Positions 13,574 to 25,954 of a stretch of DNA of 64,000 bases are shown here, one piece after another (the stretch's first letter is position 1; the number at the start of each line of letters is the position of its first letter). The DNA is from Octopus vulgaris (Eukaryota). The position numbers and the translations under genes were made by a program. The notes beneath the pieces were generated by a model. It saw only the letters and a program-made list of their open reading frames with translations, did no database searches and was not told the DNA's origin. The stretch spans positions 95,108,001 to 95,172,000 of the forward strand of contig OX597822.1 of the NCBI GenBank assembly GCA_951406725.2, written 5' to 3'.

Positions 13574-14340
13574 TATGAGAGTCGGTTGAAAAGTCCATAG
13601 GCTAACTAAGATACTCTCATGGAATGTGACCAAATGAGCTTTATTCTTCAGCGTAGCCCCCCTTGCAGTCCACACACTTCTTCCATCGGTGTTGCAGTGC
13701 TTGCATCCTATTTGCGAACAGGTTTTCATCCTCTTGCTCGAAAAAGTCATCAACAGCAGATATGACGTCATCATCAGAGCGATAATGGTTCCCAGCCAAG
13801 TGTTTTTTTCTCCATGTTGGGGAACAGATGATAGGTGGGGTCAAATCAAGATTATAAGGACGGTAAAGCCTTTTGCATCTCTCAAAAAAACTGAGGTCAT
13901 CACCTTTTCTGCAAATGAAACGGCCTTATCCCTCTCTGCAGCAGGAGAGGGGGAGTGTTTCCACGGCAGGGATTATCTCTTTGTCTCTGGCTCAAAATAA
14001 CGAACTCAACTCTCATACTGGGTTAGGAAACATTCAAGGAAATCAACTGGATCTTCCTGAAACAATGTCAGATTTTCCTATGATGTGACCAGCTTGGTGC
14101 ACTTTTCATTACGTGTTGGTAGATATGGCACCTACCGAGCAGAAACCTTCGTCATATCAAGTTCATTGTGCAGAATATTCTCAGCTCTCACGGAAATGCT
14201 AACAGCATCGACTATTTGATTTATGGTCAATCTCCTATCATCCACCACCATGTGGTAAACACAACATGTTTTCCTCATTGGTGGAAGTTGCAACACTTTC
14301 AAATCTTTGATCTTCTTCAAGACTCTCCCTTCCACTCCAA
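13574..14340 (-). mobile_element. Decayed mariner transposon (irritans/Himar1-like), internally deleted
   Basis: RRLTINQIVDAVSIS..ENILHNELDMTKVSAR*VP, ETKRQSLPWKH, KVMTSVF..DAKG, YHLFPNM..KHLAGNHYRSDDDVISAV...RWKKCVDCKGGY; TIR-like GAGAGTCGGTTGAAAAGT beside TA. Confidence 0.88.
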
Positions 14341-14760
14341 AATTCAGATGGAGTTTAAATATGCCGTTTTGTACCTTTTCTACTATTATGCCGACTCATC
14401 TTCTCTAAGTTAGTAATTGTTTCTTCTGTTATCAATAAAACAAAACACTTTTACTTACCAACGTAGCTTTCTTCAGACCGGATTAGAAAATTATATCACG
14501 CGAAATTTCGCTTTTATGAGTATGGATGTTATTAATAATGACAACAATTCCAACTCCAACGCAAGCAGAACTAAAATACCTGTATGTTATTTAAAGTGAC
14601 GTAAGCACTCTTTTATTCTTCACTCGGTCTTTGCATCTAAACCAAGATCTACTTCGGTACTAGGGAAAAACCTGTGATGATCCTTCTGTCGACTATATGA
14701 TGCGACTAAAAAAAGAGCTCACCTATACATACATACATACATACATACATACATACATAC

Positions 14761-14985
14761 ATGGTGGCTGCCCCCTCGTTATCGAGTATGGCCATTGCAC
14801 GAAGCTTAATCAATGTTGTTATCGTGCAATGCCTGTGCAAGGAGATTTTTTTTTTAAAGTGAGGAAAGGCTGTGCACTGAGTCAATCCCACTCACTAAGC
14901 AACAGTAGCCATAATCCGAAAAGAAGAACAAGTCAACATCATCGGTAACCACTGAGCCGCAGGTTTTATGTCGGAGTTATCCCAG

Positions 14986-14989
<4 letters not shown>
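14761..14989 (-). mobile_element. Family E non-autonomous retroelement, 5'-truncated, inside (TACA)n
   Basis: Near-identical to the reverse complement of 18628-18855; (TACA)n on both sides. Confidence 0.85.
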
Positions 14990-15016
<27 letters not shown>

Positions 15017-15069
15017 CATACATACATACATACATACATACATACATACATACATACATACATACATAA

Positions 15070-15543
15070 TGTTATATCCTTGTGGAAAATGAATTCACTG
15101 CAACAGTGTAATAACAATATATTCGAAACAAACGGCAGTAACTACACGTAACGTAACAACAATCTGTTAAGAACCCACAATCCAACATGCTAATCTGATC
15201 TGTAAACTTTGAACTCCAACTTTGAACACGAACTGTCGAACTAGCACGATGATTTTATTCAAACTGCAATGGGGTCGGGAACTTAGCGAATGACATTACA
15301 TATATGAACAAATACATTATATTTTCGGATGAACATGAAACAAAAATGAATGGACGCGGAATGGGTTTGAACCCACCAACCACGTTCCTGCGTTGAACCG
15401 TTTACTTCGTCCATTTGTTTTTACTCCGCTTAATTAGGCATTTACATACCTAACATTTGGGCTACCTCACTTACTCAGACCGCTGCTATTTATATGTAGT
15501 GGTCCAGTCCATTCTCGTCAGGGGGGCGTTGTACTCTCACACA
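15070..15543 (-). mobile_element. Putative Gypsy 3' LTR (TGTG...AACA, ~474 bp)
   Basis: Immediately follows polypurine tract AAAAGAGGAGA (15544-15554, minus), which follows the integrase C-terminus; TG...CA termini. Confidence 0.6.
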
Positions 15544-15559
15544 TCTCCTCTTTTGAGAT

Positions 15560-15950
15560 TTCGTGTTCCAAAGAAATAAAGAAATTATTTATATTAAATT
15601 TCTTTTTAGTATCTCTTTCGCTTGGGCATTATCTCAAAGTGTTCGATCTGCTTTCTTTTTCTCATGCTGGTTCTACAGGACTCTTATTACTTTTGGTACC
15701 GGTACATCAAATATTTCACTGAATACTTCCATGGGTATTTCTTCCTGATCTTGGATATGCCTCTTCCTTAGTTGGTTTATATGCTTCTTATGTTCACCGT
15801 GTGACTTTTTAATTTGATGCATCATACTTCCAATTTATCTGGTAATAAGAGCTTCTTCCCAGTCTTCTTTACAGTTCCATTATGTTATTTTTTTCTCTGG
15901 TAACAACTTATCAAAAATGGATTTTATTGTTCTTGCGAATATCAATTTGA
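15560..15950 (-). mobile_element. Gypsy integrase C-terminal remnant
   Basis: Minus strand LIFARTIKSIFDKLLPE...KKHINQLRKRHIQDQEEIPMEVFSEIFDVPVP. Confidence 0.7.
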
Positions 15951-15961
15951 ACTTGGATTGG

Positions 15962-17102
15962 GGTCCTAGCAATTAATTATTCTTGCAGTTGAAAAATTTT
16001 ACAGGTTTCTGCATGACAAGCTTTTTTATTGCAAACAGAACATAGACCTTTGCTGTCGATTTTTCGGTCTAAAAAAGGATTACCGACTCATACTGCGAAC
16101 CGCCTGCAACGTCGGGGTGTAATATTACTAAGTGGAGGCGCAATGGCCCAGTGGTTAGGGCAGCGGACTCGCGGTCGTAGGATCGCGGTTTCGATTCCCA
16201 GACCGGGCGTTGTGAGTGTTTATTGAGCGAAAACACCTAAAGCTCCACGAGGCTCCGGCAGGGGATTCTGGTGATCCCTGCTGTACTCTTTCACCACAAC
16301 TTTCTCTCACTCTTACTTCCTGTTTCTGTTGTACCTGTATTTCAAAGGGCCTGCCTTGTCACTCTCTGTGTCACGCTGAATATCCCCGAGAATTACGTTA
16401 AGGGTACACGTGTCTGTGGAGTGCTCAGCCACTTACACGTTAATTTCACGAGCAGGCTGTTCCGTTGATCGGATCAACCGGAACCCTCGTCGTCGTAACC
16501 GACGTAGTGCTTCCTTTTTTAATATTACTAAATTATAATTTCAAAATGCTATACGTTCCATCGAAAAAATCGACCATGCAGACTGCTTTTCGAGATTAAT
16601 TCCCAAAAAATATGAAACCACTAGCCTTACTGCAGGCAAAAAGTGAAATTAAAAGTGTTATGACGAACTTTATCCAAGAACTACTAGAAACGGCACAGGA
16701 TGCAAGAAGGAAAGCTGTAGGCAATGAATATATTACGTAAATAAAAGAATATATTACGAAAAAAATAAACAGTATAAAAATTCAGATGCCAGTAGTTTTT
16801 CAATTTGTGACAATATTCTGATGTATGCTCAAAGAGTAGTGCTTCCAACTACATTACAAAAAGGTGTATTGCAACAACTTCGCAGTGGACATCCAGGAAT
16901 GGTGGCCAAAGTCCCACCGGAAAATATCAATTTTGGTCAGAGACGGAGAACCCATGGTCTTGGTTACACATTGACTATGCCGGACCGGAAAACGGCACAT
17001 ACTACCTAATCATAGTAGATAGATGTACTAAGTGGCCGGAGGTTTGCAGGTGTTATAGACCAACCTCTAAGACAACTATAAAGTTCTTATACGAATTGTT
17101 TG
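15962..17102 (+). mobile_element. Gypsy pol remnant (RNase H to integrase core), interrupted by SINE B
   Basis: LQTEHRPLLSIFRSKKGLPTHTANRLQR, HADCFSRLIP, RVVLPTTLQKGVLQQLRSGHPGM, PWSWLHIDYAGP, YYLIIVDRCTKWPEV, KFLYELFA. Confidence 0.9.
16132..16514 (+). mobile_element. SINE family B (tRNA-derived head), full length, TSD TAATATTACTAA
   Basis: A-box-like TGGCCCAGTGG and B-box-like GTTTCGATTCC; 12-bp TSD at 16120-16131 and 16520-16531. Confidence 0.95.
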
Positions 17103-17445
17103 CATACATACATACATACATACATACATACATACATACATGCATACATGCATACATGTATACATACATACATGCATGCATACATACATACATACATACA
17201 TACATACATACATACATACATACATACATACATGCATACATGCATACATGTATACATACATACATGCATGCATACATACATACATACATACATACATACA
17301 TACATACATACATACATACATACATGCATGCATGCATACATACATACATACATGCATGCATGCATACATGCATACATGCATACATACATACATACATACA
17401 TACATGCATGCATACATACTTATATACATATATACATACATACAC
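17102..17445. repeat. (TACA)n/(TGCA)n microsatellite
   Basis: Direct inspection. Confidence 0.95.
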
Positions 17446-17734
17446 TATGGAATCTGGGAATGTCGCTAGCTGCGAAACCACGTGGTGGTCTTACATCATT
17501 CATGTTTTCGTTTTTGTTTATATAGTTTGGAAGAAGGTTAATTTTCGATTTTTTAATAAAGTTACAGTTACTAACCTTCTTCCTATGTTATACAAATGTT
17601 GCTTGTCGGCGTAGTTACTTCGCAGTAAAATTATTTAATTCCGGATGCAGATCGCCTCAATATGATTTCAATCGATTCATATAGCGAACAGCGACGTTTT
17701 GTTTCGCTTTGTTGTAGCAGTTAAATAGATCAGT

Positions 17735-18120
17735 GTGGAGGCGCAATGGCCCAATGGTTAGGGCAGCGAACTCGCGGTCGTAGGATCGCGGTTTCGATTC
17801 CCAGACCGGGCGTTGTGTGTGTTTATTGAGCGAAAACACCTAAAAGCTCCACGACGCTCCGGCAGGGGATGGTGGTGATCCCTGCTGTACTCTTTCACCA
17901 CAACTTTCTCTCACTCTTACTTCCTGTTTCTGTTGTACCTGTATTTCAAAGGGCCGGCCTTGTCCCCCTCTGTGTCATGCTGAATATCCCCGAGAACTAC
18001 GTTAAGGGTACACGTGTCTGTGGAGTGCTCAGCCACTTACACGTTAATTTCACGAGCAGGCTGTTCCGTTGATTCGGATCAACCGGAACCCTCATCGTCG
18101 TAACCGACGGAGTGCTTCCA
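17735..18120 (+). mobile_element. SINE family B, full length
   Basis: Near-identical to 16132-16514. Confidence 0.95.
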
Positions 18121-18317
18121 TTCCCATGTTTGTAGTAACTCTCTGCATGCTAAATTCAAGTTTCAGTCGAAATGCACTCCGATCGTGAATAAAAGTCTCC
18201 CTCAGTTAATTCATCAGAAGATTAACCAGTTATTTATCAAGGCTGATAGTTCTTTTCTACTCTAGGCCCCAAACCCCATTTTTTTTGGGAGGCGGCCAGG
18301 CGAGTTATGTATGTATG

Positions 18318-18855
18318 TTGTGTCAGGTCACTTTCGAGTGCTGCTGGTAAAATGTAACCCAGTACAACCTGTTGCATGGTCGGGTCGTCGGCGACTAAAT
18401 CGGCAACCCCACCAAGCTTGCTTGGTGAGGAGGGTGTTTATTGGACACCCTGCGGGATGAAAGACAAAATCCGTCAAAGGGCGGAGGAACTCTTGAGAGT
18501 CCAAGGCTGTATCATGCGCGGAGATATAGAAATAATCGGACTGAATACTCGATCGCGCGGTTAAACCATTGGGAGTGAAGGACTCCTAGCCTTTGTTAGG
18601 GCATCCTTCTAGGAGAAGGTAACTCAGGTAACTGGGATAACTCCGACATAAAACCTGCGGCTCAGTGGTTACCGATGATGTTGACTTGTTCTTCTTTTCG
18701 GATTATGGCTGCCGTTGCTTAGTGAGTGGGATTGACTCAGTGCACAGCCTTTCCTCACTTTAAAAGAAATCTTCTTGCACAGGCATTGCACAACAACAAC
18801 ATTGATTAAGCTTCGTGCAATGGCCATACTCGATAACGAGGGGGCAGCCACCATG
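18318..18855 (+). mobile_element. Family E non-autonomous retroelement (RTE-like 5' and 3' UTR fusion), longest copy, (TATG)n tail
   Basis: Three copies in the window with a common 3' end GAGGGGGCAGCCACCATG(TATG)n; GGGCATCCTTCTAGGAGAAGGTAACTC resembles RTE-clade 5' UTR motifs (recalled). Confidence 0.75.
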
Positions 18856-19315
18856 TATGTATGAATGTATGTATGTATGTATGTATGTTTGTGTGTGTAT
18901 ATTTGTGTGTGTATGTATTTATGCATTTATGTATGTGTGTATGTATGTATTTATGTATGTGTATGTATATATATATATATGTATGTGTATGTACGTGTGT
19001 ATATCTGTATGAATATATCTTTTGGAGGTTTAGGTCTTTCGCATAACTGAAGCCGATTTATATATTTATGTATGTGTGTATGTCTGTATGTATATATACC
19101 TGTTTGTCTGTCTGTCTGTCTGTCTGTATGTATGTATGTATGTATGTATGTATGTATGTATGTATGTATGCATGCATATAAGGGTGTATGTTTTAGGAAT
19201 TTAAGTTCTGGGCATAAATGAAACCAGTCACTAAGAAAACGAGCACTTTACGTTTAAATCAAGATACTTCGAGGATTTGTGAATGTGAGTTACTGTGTGC
19301 ACGTGTAGGTGTTCC

Positions 19316-19623
19316 TTGTTTGTTTGTTCCTTCTCGAGCCATGCCTGGCTTATAAGGGCCGGTTTCCCGGATTCCTTGGCGTATAGGTTCCCCACCTAGA
19401 CGGGACGCCAATCCGTCGCAGGTGAGCTGCAAGATGCAGGAGGAAAGAGTGAGAGAAAGTTGTGGCGAAAGAGTCAGCAGAAGTTCGCCATTACCTTCTG
19501 CCGGAGCCGCGTGAAGCTTAGGTGTTTCGCTCATAAACACACACATCGCCCGGTCTGAGATTCGAACCCGCGATCCCTCGGCCGCGAGTCCGCTGCTCTA
19601 ACCACTAGCCCATGTGCCTCCAC
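19316..19623 (-). mobile_element. SINE related to family B with a different 3' half and (AAAC)n tail
   Basis: Head GTGGAGGCACATGGGCTAGTGGTTAGAGCAGCGGACTCGCGG; diverges after ACTTTCTCTCACTCT. Confidence 0.88.
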
Positions 19624-20399
19624 TTTAACCTGAACGTGTAGGTGTACTTTGGTGTATGTGTGGATACAATTACAATCTTATAAGGAGTGTTCATATTTTT
19701 TTCTGCTTCATGCGTGTATTTGTATATCTAATTGCACTTTATACAGGTATATTTGTATGTGTGTATGTGTGGGTTTATACCATATACACATGCAATTGTT
19801 CATTCCAGGACATTCATATGGAGAATTTTTACGAATGTTTTACAGATCTTCACGGTACCACTAGTCGATTGGGTTTGGAGGATCTATGTAAGTTTCCTTT
19901 GTTCTTTCTGGGAAAACCTGAGTGTTATTAGGTTTTTATGCATACCTGTTTACATAGCTCATTTTTACTATGATGGTGGGTACAACTGAAAATTTATAAC
20001 TAAGATACTAGAGCTGTAAGTTCCGTATTAGTTTACCATAGATGTCTTTTATCACAACTTTAGCCCAGGAACTCACATCCACTGAGTAGCTGACCTCTAC
20101 AATGGTGCATAATACCTTTGTCCACCTTTGTTTAATAGTACAATATCAGGATCATTGCGTTTACACCGGATTGGTGTTTTTATTGGAATGTTCTTGTGAT
20201 TCTCCTTGGGCGCTATAAAAATCTGATGGTAATAAAAGATATAATATGTATATGATCATATTAAACAAGAACTCAATAACAACGTACCAAAACTTAGCAA
20301 ATAAGAAACAAAGTGATGAAACATTTGAGCAGTATTTTATCTTTATTACGGTGAAAGATGAAAATTCAGATTCAAATAAATGTTGAAGGAAACTGTAGG

Positions 20400-21400
20400 A
20401 GAGCTGCCATCACTAATTCAGTCAGTACTGATAATTTTGATTTCACATTCAACGCCACAAAACTTTGATGTTTGATTTAAAAAATTCAAGTTTGTAAAGT
20501 CTTCTTGTGCCTTGAAAGAAAGATATTCCACCTGTTTCATTGCTACAATGAATAGAATTTGGACTGAATTTGATTTATACCGTTGTCAATATCTCTTCGA
20601 AGATTATTTGCTGAATTGATTTTCTCTTCATAGCAAATACTCAGTTATGAACTGCTTGAACGAGTTAAAAGACACATTAGATTCACAACGAAATCATTAG
20701 TACAAGAAAGCATTTCAAATTTATCATTTTGTACAGTATGTTTCCATAGGTTTATCTTTTTTTTCCCTCTGAACACTTCATGTGAAGATGTTTGTGTTTT
20801 CCTATTATAGAGACATATTAAATTCATTAAATTCCTCAAATATCTCCGACAAATAGCATAACTTGTAAAGCTAATTCTCATAATGAAACAATTCAACAAA
20901 ATTTGCACTTTTTTTTTTGATAAGTACAATATTACATTAATTTTGAAGGTTTACTAGATGCCCCAGAGTTCCTCTTCTTAACAAAAATTTCACTTCCTTA
21001 TGCAATGAAAGTTTGCTGAACTCAGATCTCACATTCTGCTATAGATTTCTGAACAGAAGATGGACCATTCAATGCGTGACTTTTGAGGTTGATAATTTTT
21101 GACTGTATCTCCATACCACCCCAAGAAGTTATTTCAAAGCATATGACTCTCCATGAACCATGCAGTGGATGAATGTAATAGATTCATTACCTGATGATTT
21201 AATCCTGTAATTTTTTTCTTACTGCTACTGCACCAACACAGTTAATGTATTCCAGTTCCAGTTCTTTTATCTATAAATGAGTTTACTTTGAAGAAAACAC
21301 TTTCCCCCGTTGTACATCCGTATTATAAGCAGCAAAACATTAAGTTCATACCGACAATTTATTCATAAAAATAACTGAAAAATATCAACAACTGAACTGC
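20400..21400 (-). mobile_element. Highly decayed hAT (Buster/Charlie-like) transposase
   Basis: FIHCMVHGESYALK (cf. HC.IHRE.LA), LH.EV....RG region, and LCYLSEIFEEFNEFNMSL (cf. LAYL.DIF..LN.LN.SLQ). Confidence 0.7.
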
Positions 21401-21943
21401 ATTTACAAATCAAGAAGTATAACTTTCGCATTGGTTTCTGCTGTGTTCATTGACAAATTTTTTCATGAGCAAGTATTTTTAATTTAGCAGGTATTTTAAA
21501 TCGAGCAGGTATTTTAAGTTGTTGTGTAATAAAACAATTAAGTAAAACATTGAAATTAATTTCAAAAAATAGTTTAATACAAGGATTGACGAATTTAAAA
21601 GGAATAACAATAATATCTAAATGATAAAATTGTATAATAGAAAATAACTGCATAAAATGTATCATAAATTAAAATTAACTCATTGAATTTTTTTTGCATT
21701 TGTATTTAATTAATTTTATTTGATATGAATTTACTTGGGAAACTGGAAGAAAATTGCATTTTTATATCTTTATTGATCTTACGTGTAAATTACACACAAG
21801 CGATCTCATCAAGTACCTACTATTGCGACATAACTCACTGCCCATACATACATACATACATACATACATACATACATACATACATACATACATACATACA
21901 TACATGCATGCATGCATGCATACATACATACATACATGCATGC

Positions 21944-21968
<25 letters not shown>

Positions 21969-21974
<6 letters not shown>

Positions 21975-22170
21975 ACCCAAACAAGAAAGCACAAAAAAAC
22001 ACAACAACACGAGGACGTGGAACAAATATAGTATTATTGGACGCTCAGGAAAGAAGGAAAGAAGGAGGGGTTTAACGTTTCGAGCGGAGCTCTTCGTCGG
22101 AAACATAGGAGAAGAAAAGTCTAGAGAAAGGAAGACAAAGGGAAAAAATCGCCAACGGTACACACGCGGT

Positions 22171-22172
<2 letters not shown>
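21969..22172 (-). mobile_element. TA-embedded short element with minimal hammerhead motif at 22070-22104
   Basis: Minus strand GTTT-CCGACGA-A-GAGC-tcc-GCTC-GAAAC-GTT-AAAC; second copy at 33288-33470. Confidence 0.7.
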
Positions 22173-22201
<29 letters not shown>

Positions 22202-22429
22202 GATTCTAGGTAAATTTCACCATAGGTAAATTCCTACACGGTATATTCCACCATGGTAAATTCCACCCATGGACAGACTTCCAATACAAGTTGCTCTTGC
22301 TAATAATCACCAAGGTCAGTTTCTCTAGGCCGTGGGTTAATACCTATGTTATTTAATTTGTCTTTCTCTCTCTCTCTCTCAAGTCTTAAGAAGAGAGACA
22401 GAGAAAGAGAGAGTCTGAAGGTGAGATAG

Positions 22430-23230
22430 AAATTAATCATTTCGACTTCGTTCAATTTTTTTTGTCCGATGCCATTCCAATTTCGATTGTTTTTCTTTCG
22501 TGGTCAAATATTGTAATATCGGGTTTTCTATATGGTTTGGTGTTATAACTGGACTATCAACAAAATCTTAGCATTTTCACTTGTTACCTTTTCTATTTGA
22601 ACGTTTCTGATTTTCTGGTTTTTCGATATGTTATATTGCTGTAGTTAGATTCGCAAAGATTATCTTGGTTGTCTCATCGTGTCTCTCTTTATATTTCGTG
22701 TGTGCTATTTTCCCACATTATATTGCCATATGTGGAGGCGCAATGGCTCAGTGGTTAGGGCAGCGAACTCGCGGTCGTAGGATCGCGGTATCGATTCCCA
22801 GACCGGGCGTTGTGAGTGTTTATTGAGCGAAAACACCTAAAAGCTCCACGACGCTACGGCAGGGGGTGGTGGTGATCCCTGCTGTACTCTTTCACCACTC
22901 TTTCTCCCACTCTTAGCGGGGTGGCGTCATTCGAAGGCTAAAACAATGCGAACGCATTGTGACCAGCGATGTGTAACTACATCTGATGGACTGGTCGGTC
23001 ACGTGATCATGTGATATTGCCATATATTCGATATTTCCTTTGTTTTTTTTTTTACAATATCTACATACCTTTATTTCTCCCATAGTGGTTGCTCTTCTCT
23101 TGTAAATACTGTTTATCATTTTCTATCTATGCTTGAGTATTTGCTTTGTTTTATAAATTTCAATGAGTCCCTTTTTGAGACTGACCCTCTTTCAGGTGTT
23201 TAAAGTATTCACCGTGCATTTCTTTGTGTG
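22430..23230 (-). mobile_element. Decayed RLE non-LTR retrotransposon, interrupted by a SINE
   Basis: MHGEYF, VCRYCKK, CGKIAHTKYKERHDETTKII, RKPDITIFDHERK. Confidence 0.7.
22732..23013 (+). mobile_element. Chimeric SINE with family B head and D-type tail, TSD ATATTGCCATAT
   Basis: 22732-22912 matches SINE B and 22913-23013 matches the D tail; one 12-bp TSD (22720-22731, 23014-23025) encloses both. Confidence 0.9.
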
Positions 23231-23333
23231 ATTGTCCCTTAATTATTTTTTCTCTCTCGTATTTTTTGTATTCATTGATATTATTGATATACTTTTTTAT
23301 GCATTCCTTTTTATTTCGATAATATCGTAACCC

Positions 23334-23400
<67 letters not shown>

Positions 23401-23492
23401 TATAATAATAAATGTAAATGTTGGCCGACTCTGTCATGCCTTGCTTTGTATTCTACAGGTGTTAAGACTCTACACCCTGATATTAGGTGGAC

Positions 23493-23549
<57 letters not shown>

Positions 23550-23587
23550 AAGCAAAAGTCAAACATAGAATAATAATAATAATAATG

Positions 23588-24290
23588 AGACCACCTAATC
23601 TCAGGGTGTAGAGTCTTAGCACCTGTAGAATATAAAGCAAGATATGACAGAGTCGGCCAATATTTACACTGGACAATACGTCGGCATTATAAAATCAAAA
23701 CCGTTGACAAATGGTATAAACATCATCCTGAAGCTGTGACTGAGGGAGAAAATGTGTCGATTCTATGGGACTTCCCCGTACATACCGACAAATCTATAAA
23801 AGCTAATAAACCGGATATTATTACAAAAGATAAGACAAAAAAGGTGTGTTTATTGACATGAGTATTCCTTGCGATTACAATATAGCGGCGAAAGAATTTG
23901 ACAAGATCAGTAAATATAAAGACTTGCTAATAGAAATTGAAAAAATGTGGCATCTCAAGGCGACTACAGTACCAGTAATTGTAGGATCTCTAGGAATGAT
24001 AAAAAAGCTACTGAAACTTATTTGAAAATGATACCAGGCTTATCATCCCTACAGGAAGTGAAAAAATAGTGTTAACTGGAACGGCTCATGTACTGAGAAG
24101 AGCATAATCGCTGTGAAAACAACATCCATTCATGAATTTATTTATTTATCAATTTTTTTAAACGCATATTTTACCTGTAAATTTGCGTGTGTAATCTGGG
24201 AAGGCATACAATGAGCTTCTCTGCCTTAGGTGTACGCAAAATACTCGGCGAGAAACGGAAGAAAATTTGAAGAAAGAAAAAATTATACTG
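23588..24290 (+). mobile_element. RLE non-LTR retrotransposon (R4/Dong-like) 3' end flanked by (AAT)n
   Basis: YKARYDRVGQYLHW..KWYKHHPEAVTEGENVSILWDFPVHTDKSIKANKPDII..DMSIPCD..KISKYKDLLIEIEKMWHLK..VPVIVGSLG..GTAHVLRR. Confidence 0.9.
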
Positions 24291-24352
<62 letters not shown>

Positions 24353-24470
24353 TTTACCTATGGTGAAATTTACCTATGGTGGAATATACCGTGGTGGAAT
24401 TTACCTAACGTGAAATTTACCTATTGGAATTTTCCGTGGTGGCATTTACTGAGGTGGAATTTACCGGTCA

Positions 24471-24513
<43 letters not shown>

Positions 24514-24547
24514 AACACACGTATATATCACATATATCCATATATAC

Positions 24548-24581
<34 letters not shown>

Positions 24582-25471
24582 ATAATATATATATTTATAT
24601 ACATTGTGTATGTATGTATACTTTTATATGCATATATATATATATGTATATGTATGTGTATATATGTGGGAATATATGTACACACTCACACAAACGCTCA
24701 CACATGCACCCACGCACACGCATATGCATATATGAATGCATATACTTCCAGATCGAGTATAAAAAAATAGCTGTCAGCATATATGGCTGTTACATCATTG
24801 ATAAAACACTTCCTCCCATTTAGAATGTTAATACAACGAGAGAACGTAAGCCACGCAATATCAAATACACCACAAATCATTACATTGCACTAAATTTACA
24901 AAAGTGAGTATTAATAACAAAATATAGAATTATATCTTTGTGTAAATGCCAAGTTGTACTACTACTGAAAAAAATGAAATATATGGCGGCCATTAGAATT
25001 GTGGTTCACTGTAGAGCGTGTGAAATACAAACTGAGCTGTAACAGAACAAATGTATTTTGTTAAACTGTAGTTATTCCATTCTTGTTTGTTCGTATTTAT
25101 AAGTATTTATATTACGTAAATTATAATTTTGGTATGCATATGTTAAAACACATATTGTTTTTTTGTAAAGAGATAAAACGCTCAAAATAAACGAAGCAAA
25201 GACATTTTGATATAATTTTCCCACGAATCATAGTTTAAGACACTGGTACAGAATAATGAGAAGCAAAAACGTTCGTTCATGGCAAGATTCACAATTCAGA
25301 TTGAAGTAGGTAAAAATACCCCCTTCCCCAAGAACACCAAAAACAATATTTAAATGTTCCAAATCATTTTTGTACCACGGACCGATTTCATGCAAGACAA
25401 TTTTTCCATGAATGAGGGAATTATGCGCATAACTAAACATAATGAAGTGAATAACATATAAATGAATCATT

Positions 25472-25693
25472 ACTCTTTTATATACTTTTTTTTACTCTTT
25501 TACTTGTTTCAGTCATGTGTCTGTGGCCATGCTGGAGCACCGCCTTTAGTCGAGCAAATCGACCCCAGGACTTATTCTTTGGAAGCCTAGTACTTATTCT
25601 ATCGGTCTCTTTTGCCGAACCGCTAAGTTGCGGGGACGTAAACACACCACCATCGGTTGTCAAGCGATGTTGGGGTTGACAAACACACACAAG

Positions 25694-25764
<71 letters not shown>

Positions 25765-25910
25765 GACGGACTTCTTTCAGTTTCCGTCTACCAAATCCAC
25801 TCACAAGGCTTTGGTCAGCCTGAGTAGAAGACACCCAAGGTGCTACGCAGTGAGAATGAACCCAGAACCATGTGGTTGGTAAGCAAGCTACTTACCACAC
25901 AGCCTACGCC
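25472..25910 (-). mobile_element. SINE family A
   Basis: Matches the family sequence seen at 35460-35870. Confidence 0.92.
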
Positions 25911-25954
25911 TATATATATATATACACACACACACACATATATATATATATAAA

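Larger units (their letters stand above)
22205..24472. mobile_element. Pair of inverted ends built from ~15-16-bp sub-repeats (22205-22270 / 24352-24472); candidate fold-back DNA transposon
   Basis: GGTAAATTCCACCA(C/T) units on the left, reverse complements on the right; (TA)n outside both ends. Confidence 0.55.

Noticed and set aside
16132-16210. tRNA genes at the heads of SINE B copies (also A, C and D)
   Set aside because: Each continues into a shared SINE body, several with TSDs, and lacks a proper acceptor stem; these are tRNA-derived heads.
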